A stretch of 64,000 bases of DNA from Rhodothermales bacterium (GTDB lineage: Bacteria; Bacteroidota; Rhodothermia; Rhodothermales; JANQRZ01), in the NCBI GenBank assembly GCA_039944855.1, contig JBDUXZ010000005.1, forward strand, positions 372,676 through 436,675. The letters are read 5' to 3'. A program made the position numbers and the translations under genes. The notes under the pieces were generated by a model. It made no database searches. It was not told the DNA's origin and saw nothing but the letters and a program-made list of their open reading frames with translations. Each line of letters starts with the position of its first letter. Position 1 is the stretch's first letter. Below are positions 46,359 through 55,893 of the stretch, one piece after another.

Positions 46359-48086
46359 ATGCTCCGCTCCACGCTCGCGCTCGCGCTCGCGCTCTGTCTC
46401 GCCCCGCTCGCCGCGTCGGCGCAGCCCGTCGTCGTATCCGCCTCACCGGCGGCGCATGCCATCGCGGCGGACCGCTCGGCGCCAGTCGAGGTCGTGTTCG
46501 ACCGGACGCTCGATCCGGCGACGGTGACGGCGGCGACGGTGCGGGTGTTCGGGCGGTGGTCGGGCCCGGCGGCGGGGACGCTCTCGGTGGACGGCGCGAC
46601 GCTCCGCTTCGTGCCCGACGCGCCGTTCTTCGCAGGCGAAGCGGTGACGGTCGCGCTCTCGCGGGGGATCCGGGACGGCGACGGCGCGGCGCTCGCGACG
46701 GGCTTCGCGTGGGGATTCTGGGCGAGCGCCGCGCCCGCCTCGCTCGCCATCACCGAAGTGGGGCAGATGTCGACGCGGCGGCCGGGCGAGGGATCGATCA
46801 TCTCCTACGGCGCTTACGCGGGCGACCTCAACGACGACGGCTGGAGCGACCTCGCGATCCCGAACGAGGCCGCGAACGACCTCCGCGTGTTCCTGAACGA
46901 CGGGGCCGGGCAGTACGACACGTTTGTCGTCCACGCGCTCCCCAACGGCTCCGTCCCGAGCACGAACGAGGGCGGCGACTTCAACGAGGACGGGCTCGTC
47001 GATATCGCCGTCGGCAACATCGGGAACGACCGCGTGAGTGTGATGCTCGGCGACGGCGACGGCGGCTTCCTCGACGCGGCGAGCTACCGCGCGGGCAACT
47101 CCGTCCGCGGCGTCTGCGTGCTCGACCTCGACGGCGACGGCCACGACGATATCGCCACGGCGAACCGGTCGGCCTCGAACGTGACGCTCCTGCGCGGCCT
47201 CGGCGATGGGACGTTCCGGCCGCCGACGGTGATCGAGACGGGCGCGGACGGCGAGACGGCCTGCGCCGCCGCTGACGCGAACGGCGACGGCATCACCGAC
47301 CTCTTCGTCGGCGCGGTCAACAGCGGCGAGATCGTGCTCCTCCTCGGCGACGGGGCGGGCGGGCTCGCCGTCGCCGCGACGGTCGAGGCCGAGACGTCGC
47401 CGTGGATGCTCGCGGCCGGAGATATCGACGGCGACGGGGCCGTAGACGTGGTGGCGGCGGGCTCGTTCTCCGACAACGTTTCGGTCACCTTCGGCGACGG
47501 CGCGGGCGGGCTCAGCGAGCCCGTACTCTACCCCTTCGGCCGCCTCAGCGTCGCCATCGACCTCGGCGACCTCGACGGCGACGGCGACCTCGACATGCTC
47601 GCGAGCAACTATTCGAGCCGCAACTTCCACCTCTACGAGAACCACGGCGCGGGCGCCTTCGCCGACCCCGTCGCGTTCTCCGTCTCCGGCAACGGCTCGT
47701 GCGCCGTCTTCCACGACCGCGACAACGACGGCGACCTCGACGTGACCGGGATCGACGAGGGCGACGACCGGCTCTATTTCTACGAGAACCCCGGCGCGAC
47801 GACGAACGCCGAGGCCACGCCCGCCGCCGATTTCTCCGTCGCGCTCTTCCCCAATCCCACGCACGAATCGGCGACGGTGCGGTTCGCGGTGGCCACGCCG
47901 AGCGACGTGCTCGTGCGTGTGTTCGACGCGCGGGGCCGGCTCGTCGAGACACTCGTCGACGGCCGGCGGGCGGCCGGCGAGCATACGCTCGCGCTGTCGA
48001 CGCGCGGGCTCGCGAGCGGGAGCTATGTCGTCCGCGTCGAGACGGCATCGGGGACGGTGTCGCGGATGCTCACCCTGACGCGGTAG
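46359..48086 (+). CDS. Secreted FG-GAP/VCBS-repeat protein with an N-terminal Ig-like domain and a T9SS C-terminal sorting domain
   Basis: Repeated DLNDDGWSDL / DLDGDGHDDI / DIDGDGAVDV motifs. The C-terminal LFPNPTHESATVRF...GSYVVRVETASGTVSRMLTLTR is a type-A T9SS CTD. Confidence 0.85.
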   Translation: MLRSTLALALALCLAPLAASAQPVVVSASPAAHAIAADRSAPVEVVFDRTLDPATVTAATVRVFGRWSGPAAGTLSVDGATLRFVPDAPFFAGEAVTVALSRGIRDGDGAALATGFAWGFWASAAPASLAITEVGQMSTRRPGEGSIISYGAYAGDLNDDGWSDLAIPNEAANDLRVFLNDGAGQYDTFVVHALPNGSVPSTNEGGDFNEDGLVDIAVGNIGNDRVSVMLGDGDGGFLDAASYRAGNSVRGVCVLDLDGDGHDDIATANRSASNVTLLRGLGDGTFRPPTVIETGADGETACAAADANGDGITDLFVGAVNSGEIVLLLGDGAGGLAVAATVEAETSPWMLAAGDIDGDGAVDVVAAGSFSDNVSVTFGDGAGGLSEPVLYPFGRLSVAIDLGDLDGDGDLDMLASNYSSRNFHLYENHGAGAFADPVAFSVSGNGSCAVFHDRDNDGDLDVTGIDEGDDRLYFYENPGATTNAEATPAADFSVALFPNPTHESATVRFAVATPSDVLVRVFDARGRLVETLVDGRRAAGEHTLALSTRGLASGSYVVRVETASGTVSRMLTLTR

Positions 48087-48090
48087 CGGC

Positions 48091-49134
48091 GTGCGCCTCG
48101 GCCTCCTCCCCGACAGCCTCGCCGAGCGGGCCGCGCTCCGGCTCGGCCTCGTGCCGACGCCGTTCCTCCACACGCACCCGACGCTGCTCCTCGCCCGCGC
48201 CCTGATGGTGGCGACGGAGCGCGGCGTCTTCGAAGCCCTCGCCGACGGACCGCGCTCGGCCGAGGCCGTGGCCGCCGTCTGTGGCACGCACCCCGGCGCG
48301 ACGGCGACGCTCTTGGACGCACTCGTCGGCGCGGGCTACCTCCGGCGACCCGGCGGCTACGCGCTCACGCTGTCCGCCCGGAAGTGGCTGCTCGAAGCGA
48401 GCCCGCATTCCCTCTGCGACAGCATCCGCTTCCGCCGGCTCGAGTGGGACTGGATCGCCCGACTCGACGACTTCGTGGCGCGCGGCGAGCCGCTCGATTT
48501 TCACGCGGCGATGACGACCTCGGAGTGGGACCTCTACCAGCGTGGGATGCGAGCGCTCGCCCGACTCGCCGTGCCCGAGACCATCCGCCGCGCGCCCGTG
48601 CCCGACGGCGCCCGCGCCCTCCTCGACGTGGGCGGCGCGCACGGCGCGTTCTCCGTCGGCTTCTGCGAACGGTATCCCGCCCTCCGCGCCGTCGTGCTCG
48701 ACCTGCCCGACGCCGTCGCCGCGTCCGCCTCGCTCCTCGCCGAAGCCGACGCTCCCCGCGTCAGCCACCGCGCCGGCGACGCCCTCCACGACGACCTCGG
48801 CGCCGAGGCGTACGACGTCGTCTTCGTCGGCCAGTTCATCCACCACTTCGACGACGCGACGGGGCGGGCGCTCGTCCAGCGGTTCGCCGATGCACTGCGG
48901 CCGGGCGGCGTGCTCGTCATCCAAGAGGTGATGCGCTCCGCCGAGCCCGAGGCCGCCGGCCAACTCGGCGCGCTCGCCGACCTCTACTTCGCGCTCACGA
49001 GCGCGGCGGGCACGCGGACGTTCGAGGAGCTGGCCGCCTGGCAGCGGGCGGCGGGCCTCGCCCCGCGCCGGCCCGTCCGGTTCCGCACGCTGCCGGGCGT
49101 CGGGCAGCAGAACGCGACGAAGCCTGCGCGGTGA
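48091..49134 (+). CDS. Class I SAM-dependent O-methyltransferase (GTG start)
   Basis: N-terminal dimerisation/wHTH-like region, then the SAM motif LLDVGGAHGAFS. 347 aa. Confidence 0.7.
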   Translation: MRLGLLPDSLAERAALRLGLVPTPFLHTHPTLLLARALMVATERGVFEALADGPRSAEAVAAVCGTHPGATATLLDALVGAGYLRRPGGYALTLSARKWLLEASPHSLCDSIRFRRLEWDWIARLDDFVARGEPLDFHAAMTTSEWDLYQRGMRALARLAVPETIRRAPVPDGARALLDVGGAHGAFSVGFCERYPALRAVVLDLPDAVAASASLLAEADAPRVSHRAGDALHDDLGAEAYDVVFVGQFIHHFDDATGRALVQRFADALRPGGVLVIQEVMRSAEPEAAGQLGALADLYFALTSAAGTRTFEELAAWQRAAGLAPRRPVRFRTLPGVGQQNATKPAR

Positions 49135-49150
49135 CGGCAAGCACCTCGCC

Positions 49151-49178
49151 GTAGCGACGCAACATGTTGCGTCGCTAC
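49151..49178. repeat. REP-like perfect 28-nt palindrome GTAGCGACGCAACATGTTGCGTCGCTAC
   Basis: Perfectly self-complementary. A variant of the 5269-5296 element, with compensated stem changes. Confidence 0.9.
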
Positions 49179-49205
49179 CGTCGGGCCAGCGCGGCGGCAT
49201 CCTGC

Positions 49206-49232
49206 GGAAGACGCAGCGTGCTGCGTCTCTAC
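49206..49232. repeat. REP-like palindrome, slightly truncated copy (GGAAGACGCAGCGTGCTGCGTCTCTAC)
   Basis: Shares ACGCAGC-TGCTGCGTCTCTAC with the element at 5269-5296. Confidence 0.8.
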
Positions 49233-49297
49233 GGGTTCCACGGGGAGGCGTGCCGTAGCTTTACCGTTCGCATCCCGACCTCCGATCCCTCTGTCCC

Positions 49298-50035
49298 GTG
49301 ACCGTCTACTCGTCCAGCCCGCACCGTCGTCTTCTCCTGCTCAGCAACTCGCGTAACGCCGGGCAGGGCTACCTCGAACACGCCACCGACACGCTCCGCG
49401 ATTTCCTCGGCTCCGAGCGGAAGCGCGTGCTGTTCGTGCCCTACGCGGGCGTGCGGATCTCGTACGACGACTACGCCGCGAACGTCAGCGCCGCGTTCGA
49501 ACCGGCGGGCTATGCCGTCGACCCGATCCACGAAGCCGACGACGCGGCGCGGGCCGTGGACGAGGCCGACGCGATCGCCGTCGGCGGGGGGAACACGTTT
49601 CACCTCCTGCGCGAGACGGCCCAGCGCGGCCTCCTCGCCCGCATCCGGGCGCGCGTCAACGAAGGCGTCCCATACGTCGGCTGGAGCGCGGGCTCCAACC
49701 TCGCCTGCCCGACGATCTGCACGACGAACGACATGCCGATCGTCGAGCCGCCGAGCTTCGACGCCCTCGGGCTCATCCCCTTTCAGATCAACCCGCACTT
49801 CACCGACGCGCACCCGCCCGGACACCAGGGCGAGACGCGGTCGGAACGCATCGCCGAGTTCTGTGTCGCCAACCCCACCATGCCCGTCGTCGGCCTCCCC
49901 GAAGGGACGACCCTGCGCGTCGAGGGCGACCGGCTGACGCTCCTCGGCGACGCGCCTGCACGGGTGTTCCTCGGGCAGCAGGAGCCGACGGAGCACGCGC
50001 CCGGCGACAGCCTGCAGTTCCTGATGGCATCGTGA
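49298..50035 (+). CDS. pepE: Dipeptidase E (peptidase S51)
   Basis: LLLLSNS...AIAVGGGNTFHLL...GWSAGSN matches the PepE pattern. GTG start. Confidence 0.8.
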   Translation: MTVYSSSPHRRLLLLSNSRNAGQGYLEHATDTLRDFLGSERKRVLFVPYAGVRISYDDYAANVSAAFEPAGYAVDPIHEADDAARAVDEADAIAVGGGNTFHLLRETAQRGLLARIRARVNEGVPYVGWSAGSNLACPTICTTNDMPIVEPPSFDALGLIPFQINPHFTDAHPPGHQGETRSERIAEFCVANPTMPVVGLPEGTTLRVEGDRLTLLGDAPARVFLGQQEPTEHAPGDSLQFLMAS

Positions 50036-50094
50036 GGGCGAAACCGTAGCGCCGCCCTGCGGTATCGATCCCCTCCTCTCGCCTCGCTCCGCTC

Positions 50095-50970
50095 ATGGAA
50101 TCCGCCCCCGCCCGCCCCACGCTCGGACTCGCCCTCGGCGGCGGCGGCGCCCGCGGGCTCTCGCACGTCGGCGTGCTGAAAGTGCTGGACCGCGAGCGGA
50201 TCGACGTGGGCGTGGTGGCGGGCGCCAGCATGGGCGGGCTGATCGGGGCCGCGTTCGCCGCCGGCTTCCCCGTCCGCGGGATCGAAGAGGAGGTGCTCAG
50301 CCTCGCCCGGCGAAGCCAGCTCCTCAAGCTCGCCGACTGGGTGCCCACGTTCCAGGCCCTCCTCTCCGGCAAGCGCTTCGAGTCGTACCTCGACGGCGTG
50401 ATGGGCGCCGACCTGACGTTCGCCGACCTCCGCCGGCCCCTCGCCCTCGCCGCGTCCGACCTCAACACGGGGCGCGAGGTCGTCCTCGACACGGGCCGCG
50501 TCGTCCCCGCGATGCGCGCCACGATGTCGATCCCCGGCGTCTTCGCGCCCGTCGACATCGGCGGCTACCGGCTCGCCGACGGCGGCATCCTCAACAACGT
50601 CCCCGCCGACCTCGCCCGCGCCCTCGGCGCCGACGTGGTGCTGGCCGTCGACGTGCTCCCGTTCTTCCGCGAAAACCAGCTCGACGAGCCGCCGCGCGTG
50701 GAGCCGCTCGAAGTCCCGCTCATGCCGTCGGGCGTCCGCGACGTGTGGCAGGCGATGTTCGTCGCGATCGCCGCGCTGACGGAGTGCAACCTCGCGCAGT
50801 CGAAGCCGGACGTCATCATCCGCCCCGCCCTCCCGGCCGACGTGACGCTGCTCGCCGGGTTCACGCGGGCGGAGTTGCTGATCGAGGCCGGCGAGCGGGC
50901 CGCCGAGGCCGCGATGCCCGCACTCCGGGAGGCGATGAAACGTGCGGCGGCCTCTGCCGGTACAACCTGA
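50095..50970 (+). CDS. Patatin-like phospholipase
   Basis: Oxyanion GGGGARG, nucleophile GASMGG (GxSxG), and DGG in LADGGILNN. Confidence 0.88.
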   Translation: MESAPARPTLGLALGGGGARGLSHVGVLKVLDRERIDVGVVAGASMGGLIGAAFAAGFPVRGIEEEVLSLARRSQLLKLADWVPTFQALLSGKRFESYLDGVMGADLTFADLRRPLALAASDLNTGREVVLDTGRVVPAMRATMSIPGVFAPVDIGGYRLADGGILNNVPADLARALGADVVLAVDVLPFFRENQLDEPPRVEPLEVPLMPSGVRDVWQAMFVAIAALTECNLAQSKPDVIIRPALPADVTLLAGFTRAELLIEAGERAAEAAMPALREAMKRAAASAGTT

Positions 50971-51061
50971 TTAGCGCAGGGCTATGACTGCGGTGCTGTT
51001 CCGCACCGCCCGCACCGCGCTCTCTTCTTTCGCACGTCGTCTCGCTCATCACTTCTCCTGC

Positions 51062-52630
51062 ATGCCCGTCCTCCGCTTGTTCGCTCCCGCCCTCTTCGCC
51101 CTCCTGCTGCTCGCCGGCTGCGAAGGGCTCGTCGACGAGTTCCCTCCGCCGATCGAGCGCGACTTCGCCGCGATCGCCGAGCGCGACACGCTCATCGCCC
51201 TTACGACGTACAATTCCACGTCGTACTTCCTCTACCGCGGGCAGCCCCTCGGCTACGAATACGAGCTGCTGAAGATGTTCGCCGAGGAGCACGACCTCGT
51301 CCTGAAGATGCGCGTCGTGAGCGACGTGGACAGCCTGTTCATCCTCCTCAACGAGGGGGCGGGCGACGTGGTCGCGGCGCGCGTGGTGCCGAGCGTGGCC
51401 GACAGCGCGTACATCGCGTTCACGGAAGCGCTCTACCGTACGGACCCCGTCGTGGTGCAGCGCGCGGCGGCCCCGGACCTCCCGGACTCCGTCGAGGAGG
51501 TGATCGAGGAAGGCGAGGAAGCGTTCGACACCACGCTCGCTGTAGACCGGTTCGCCGCAGAGGACCTCCCCGAAGAGGTCCAAATCGACGCCAAGCTCAT
51601 CACGAAGCCGAGCGGGCTGGCCGGCGAGACCGTCCACGTCCCCGGCAGTTCGGGCTACGCCGAGCGCCTGCTCGAACTCTCCGACGAGATCACCGGCGAC
51701 ATCGAGGTCGTCGAGGTCGGCGGCGACGTGTCGGTGGAGCGACTCATCCGCGGCGTCGCGACCGGGGCCATCGACCTCACCGTGTCGTCGGAGGAGCTGG
51801 CGCAGCTGAAGGAGAGCTACTTCACGAACATCGTCGCGCGTCCGCAACTGGGCGAGCCTGTCGAGGTGGCGTGGGCCGTGCGCCTGAACGCGCCCGTGCT
51901 CCTCGAGGAACTCAACACTTTCGTCGCGGACAACCCCGGCCTCGCCGGCAACCTCTTTCGGAAGTACTACGTCGACCGCAAGGGCTACCGCGAGCGGGCC
52001 GAGAGCGACTACCTCACCGGGGACACCGGCCGCCTCTCCGACTACGACGACCTCTTCCGCGCCGGGGCCGACACGCTCGGCTGGGACTGGCTGCTGCTGG
52101 CCTCGCAGGCCTATCAGGAAAGCCGGTTCCTACCGCGAGCCCGTTCGTGGGCCGGCGCCGCGGGCCTTCTCCAGCTCATGCCGCCGACGGCGCGCGAGTT
52201 CGGCGTCACCGACGTGTACGACCCCGAAGACAATGTGGCCGGGGCCGTCCGCTTCCTCCAGTGGCTCACGAACTACTGGGACGACAAGATCGCCGACCCC
52301 GACGAGAAGCGGAAGTTCATCCTCGCCTCGTACAACACGGGCCACGGACACGTCGAGGACGCCCGCCGCCTCACGGCCAAGAACGGCGGCGACGACACGA
52401 TCTGGGAAGAGGTGGCGTACTGGCTCCTCCAGAAGTCGAAGGCCAGCGTCTACAACGACCCCGTCGTGAAGTACGGCTTCGCCCGCGGGCTCGAGCCCGT
52501 GACGTACGTCGAGCTCATCCTCGACCGCTACGACCACTACCGGCAGTTCGTCCGCGACGAGGCCGGGGCGAGCGCGCAGGCCGCCCCCGTCGAGGTCCGC
52601 GCGCTCGAGAACGTCGGCGCCGGCCTCTGA
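51062..52630 (+). CDS. mltF: Membrane-bound lytic murein transglycosylase F-like lipoprotein (substrate-binding domain plus SLT domain)
   Basis: Lipobox LLLLAGCEG. N-terminal periplasmic-binding-like domain. SLT motifs QESRF and AGAAGLLQLMPPTA. Confidence 0.8.
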   Translation: MPVLRLFAPALFALLLLAGCEGLVDEFPPPIERDFAAIAERDTLIALTTYNSTSYFLYRGQPLGYEYELLKMFAEEHDLVLKMRVVSDVDSLFILLNEGAGDVVAARVVPSVADSAYIAFTEALYRTDPVVVQRAAAPDLPDSVEEVIEEGEEAFDTTLAVDRFAAEDLPEEVQIDAKLITKPSGLAGETVHVPGSSGYAERLLELSDEITGDIEVVEVGGDVSVERLIRGVATGAIDLTVSSEELAQLKESYFTNIVARPQLGEPVEVAWAVRLNAPVLLEELNTFVADNPGLAGNLFRKYYVDRKGYRERAESDYLTGDTGRLSDYDDLFRAGADTLGWDWLLLASQAYQESRFLPRARSWAGAAGLLQLMPPTAREFGVTDVYDPEDNVAGAVRFLQWLTNYWDDKIADPDEKRKFILASYNTGHGHVEDARRLTAKNGGDDTIWEEVAYWLLQKSKASVYNDPVVKYGFARGLEPVTYVELILDRYDHYRQFVRDEAGASAQAAPVEVRALENVGAGL

Positions 52631-52641
52631 CCTCCGCGTTC

Positions 52642-53079
52642 ATGGCCTGGGTTCAGAAACAGATCACGCTCGCGGCCCGCCCGCGCGGCTTTCACCTCGT
52701 GACCGACGAGGTGCTCCGGCAGCTCCCCGAGCTGAGCAGGTTCCGCGTCGGCGTCGCGCACGTGTTCATCCAGCACACCTCGGCGTCGCTCACACTGAAC
52801 GAGAACGCCTCGCCCGCCGTCCGCGCCGACCTCGAGCGCTACGTCCGCGACGCCGTCCCCGACGACACGCCGTACTTCGCGCACACCGTCGAAGGGCCGG
52901 ACGACATGCCGGCGCACGTGAAGGCGTCGCTCTTCGGGAGCAGCGTCACCGTGCCGATCCGCGACGGCCGCCTCGCGCTCGGGACGTGGCAGGGGCTCAC
53001 GCTCGGCGAGCACCGCGAGGACGGCGGCCCGCGCCGGCTCGTCGTCACGCTTTCTGGCGAACGCGACAACGGGCAGTGA
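52642..53079 (+). CDS. YjbQ/UPF0047 family protein (secondary thiamine-phosphate synthase-like)
   Basis: HTSASLTLNENASP...DMPAHVKASL...G.WQG matches the UPF0047 pattern. Confidence 0.8.
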   Translation: MAWVQKQITLAARPRGFHLVTDEVLRQLPELSRFRVGVAHVFIQHTSASLTLNENASPAVRADLERYVRDAVPDDTPYFAHTVEGPDDMPAHVKASLFGSSVTVPIRDGRLALGTWQGLTLGEHREDGGPRRLVVTLSGERDNGQ

Positions 53080-53143
53080 TTCCAGCGACAGGTGAAGGCG
53101 ACATCGTCGGCACCTCCGATACTCCTCCCCTCCCCCATCTGCG

Positions 53144-53521
53144 ATGAGCCGTCACTCCGCCCGCTTCAACCACCTCGTCAACGAAACCCGCGCCCGCGTT
53201 CGGGAGACCGACGTTCCAACCGTTCACGCCCGCCTCGGACGGGGCGACGCCTTCCACCTCGTGGACGTACGCGAGGAGAGTGAGTGGGCGGGCGGCCACC
53301 TCCCCGGCGCTCGGCACCTCGGCCGGGGCGTCATCGAGCGCGACATCGAAGCCGCCATCCCCGACCTCGACGCCGAGATCGTGCTCTATTGCGGCGGCGG
53401 CTACCGCTCTGTCCTCTCCGCCGAATCGCTCCAGCAGATGGGCTACACGAACGTGATCTCGATGGACGGCGGCTTCCGAGGATGGAAAGAAGCAGGGCAC
53501 GAGATCGTCACCGACGGCTGA
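53144..53521 (+). CDS. Rhodanese-domain sulfurtransferase
   Basis: LVDVREESEWAGGHLPGA and the active-site loop YCGGGYRS. Confidence 0.85.
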   Translation: MSRHSARFNHLVNETRARVRETDVPTVHARLGRGDAFHLVDVREESEWAGGHLPGARHLGRGVIERDIEAAIPDLDAEIVLYCGGGYRSVLSAESLQQMGYTNVISMDGGFRGWKEAGHEIVTDG

Positions 53522-53531
53522 CGAAGCCGGC

Positions 53532-54557
53532 CTACGCCTCTGGATTCCATCCCGAGCGCGGCTCCGGCTCACGCGGCTCGGCGTAGGGGTGCGGCACCGC
53601 CCCCGCAGGACGCTCGTCTCGCTCGTCGTCCGCACTGCGCGGCGCGTCCTCGTCCACGACTCGCTCCTCTTCGATCACGCGGACGGCGTCGTCGGCGGGC
53701 TCGATCTGCGAGCCGTAGCGCTTCGCCCAGAGCTGGGTGAACTCGGCCCCGGCGAGGAGGATCAGAGCCGTGTAGTAGATCCACACGAGGATGACGACGA
53801 CGGAGCCCGCCGCGCCGAACGCCTCGCCGGGGTTCGAGCGGCCGAGGTAGAACCCGATGAGGAACTTGCCGACGACGAAGAGGACGGCCGTCGCGAACGC
53901 CCCCACCCACACGTCGCGCCACGCGACCTCGGCGTCGGGGAGCACCCGGAAGATGGCGGCGAAGAGGAGGGTGAAGATCCCGAGGCTCAGCACGAGTTCG
54001 CCGACCCACGCGAGCGGAGCCCCGGCCGGCCCGAGCACCGACTCCATCACCGTGAAGAGGCCCGACATCAGCGCGCTCGCCGCGAGCGACACGACGAGGA
54101 GGAACGCGATCGTCAGCACCATCCCGAACGAGAGGACGCGCTTCGTGATCATGTTCTTGAGCCCGCTGCTGTCGGGGTCGGGCCGGACTTCCCACGCGCG
54201 GTTGAGCGACTGCTGGAGCTGGGCGAACGCGCCCGTCGCGCCGAAGACGAGCGCGAGCAGGCCGAGCACTTTGCCGATGATCGAGCCGCCGCCGAGATCG
54301 CCCGCGTTCTCGATCATCGTCTGAACCTCCGCCGCCCCGCTCTCGCCGACGAGCCCGCCGACCTGCCCCGTGAGCTGCTCCTGCACGGCGTCGGCGCCGA
54401 AGACAGCCCCGGCGATGCCGACGAGGATGACGAGGAGCGGCGGCAGCGAGAACAGCGTGTAGTACGCGATCGCCGCGCTCATGCTCGTGCAGTTGTCCTC
54501 GCCGATTTCCTTGCCGGTCTGCTTGAGGAGGTCGATCGATTCACGGAGCGAAGGCAT
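53532..54557 (-). CDS. YihY/BrkB family membrane protein
   Basis: SAAIAYYTLFSLPPLLV and six TM helices. Start set at MPSLRES. Confidence 0.8.
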   Translation of the reverse strand: MPSLRESIDLLKQTGKEIGEDNCTSMSAAIAYYTLFSLPPLLVILVGIAGAVFGADAVQEQLTGQVGGLVGESGAAEVQTMIENAGDLGGGSIIGKVLGLLALVFGATGAFAQLQQSLNRAWEVRPDPDSSGLKNMITKRVLSFGMVLTIAFLLVVSLAASALMSGLFTVMESVLGPAGAPLAWVGELVLSLGIFTLLFAAIFRVLPDAEVAWRDVWVGAFATAVLFVVGKFLIGFYLGRSNPGEAFGAAGSVVVILVWIYYTALILLAGAEFTQLWAKRYGSQIEPADDAVRVIEEERVVDEDAPRSADDERDERPAGAVPHPYAEPREPEPRSGWNPEA

Positions 54558-54673
54558 GGGGACGGAGGAGAGGAGAGGAGAGGGAGAGAGAGGCCCTCTT
54601 CCTACCGACCTACAGCCCGAGCAGATCCCCTCGCGTAGTTTCCGACTCACGCCCTCCACCTTCCCCCGATCCC

Positions 54674-55006
54674 ATGCTCCCCCGCCTGCTCGACGACGGC
54701 CACACCGTCACGCTCGACCTCCACGGCACGACGGTGGACGACGCCGAGCGGCTCATCCGGCGGACGGTCCGCCTCGCCGCCGAGCGTGGGCGGAGCCGCG
54801 TTACCATCGTCCACGGTGCTTCCACGAGCAGCCGGCAGTACCGCAACCGCACGATCCGCCACGTGCTCTACGACCTCCTCGACGACGGTGCCCTCGACGG
54901 CGTCACCGATGCGTTCCGGCTTGAAGGGTCGTGCCTGCTCGGGCTCGCCCCCGCTCAGACAACCGACGCTCGGCGCTTGACCCTCGGCGACGTATCCGGG
55001 CGATAG
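54674..55006 (+). CDS. Smr-domain protein
   Basis: LDLHGTTVDDAERLI...VTIVHG is the Smr pattern. 110 aa. Confidence 0.7.
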   Translation: MLPRLLDDGHTVTLDLHGTTVDDAERLIRRTVRLAAERGRSRVTIVHGASTSSRQYRNRTIRHVLYDLLDDGALDGVTDAFRLEGSCLLGLAPAQTTDARRLTLGDVSGR

Positions 55007-55081
55007 GGGTTTTTTTTGCCTTACCCCGCCGGTCCGCGAGCCGTTTTCTTAAACTGATACTCGAAGTACCTTCCTCCACCC

Positions 55082-55783
55082 ATGCCTCCTCGCCCCCACA
55101 TCGGCATCACGACCTCCCTGAACGACGGCGAGCAGCGGCTCGACCGCCGCTACGTCCTCGCCGTGGAGCGGGCGGGCGGGCTTCCACTCATCGTGCCGAT
55201 GGTCGAGTCGGAAGAGGCGGCTAACGCCGTGGCCGCCCTCCTCGACGGCCTCGTCATCACCGGCGGCCCGGCCATCGTACAGGGCCTGAACGGCGCCCTC
55301 CCCGACGACATCGAAGAAACAGATCCTGCCCGTTTGGCGTCTGATACTCATATGCTCAACGCTTTTCTGGCGGCGCAGCGTCCCGTCCTGGGCATTTGCT
55401 ACGGCATGCAACTCGCCAATGCGGCGGCCGGCGGAACGCTCTACGCCGATGTCCAAGCTCAGTTCGACGGTTCGGCCGCGCACAGCCAGAAGCGCGGCGC
55501 CTCCGATCACCCCGTCGCCGTCGAACCCGGCACCCACCTCCACCGGGTGCTCCACCGAGACCAGTTCACCGTGAACACGCGCCACATCCAAGCCATCGAC
55601 GCTCCCGGCCGCGGCTTCCGCGTCGCCGCACGGGCGCCCGACGGCGTCGTCGAAGCCGTGGAGAGCGAGGACGGCGTGGTCCTCGGCGTGCAGTGGCACC
55701 CCGAGCGGATGGGCGAGGCCATGGCCCCGCTCTTCCGCCACCTCGTCGACCGAGCGCGTGACCGGCGGTCCGCGGCCCAATAA
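55082..55783 (+). CDS. Gamma-glutamyl-GABA hydrolase-like class I glutamine amidotransferase (peptidase C26)
   Basis: Nucleophile elbow LGICYGMQ and GVQWHPE. Confidence 0.85.
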   Translation: MPPRPHIGITTSLNDGEQRLDRRYVLAVERAGGLPLIVPMVESEEAANAVAALLDGLVITGGPAIVQGLNGALPDDIEETDPARLASDTHMLNAFLAAQRPVLGICYGMQLANAAAGGTLYADVQAQFDGSAAHSQKRGASDHPVAVEPGTHLHRVLHRDQFTVNTRHIQAIDAPGRGFRVAARAPDGVVEAVESEDGVVLGVQWHPERMGEAMAPLFRHLVDRARDRRSAAQ

Positions 55784-55810
55784 TTGTTGTTGCCCAATAA
55801 TTGTTGTTGC
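55777..55810. repeat. AT-rich 17-bp tandem duplication CCCAATAATTGTTGTTG x2; the first copy includes the stop codon of the preceding gene
   Basis: Two identical adjacent 17-mers, read directly from the sequence. Confidence 0.95.
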
Positions 55811-55893
55811 TACGTCTTGCGGTAGACGGCCCCATGCACTAACTCCCTCGCGCCCCCCGTTCCTCCTCCGGCCCACCTCTCCAGCCCGCCCCC

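Noticed and set aside
55004-55020. TAGGGGTTTTTTTTGCC after the Smr gene as an intrinsic terminator
   Set aside because: The T8 run is striking, but I could not find a convincing GC-rich stem immediately upstream.
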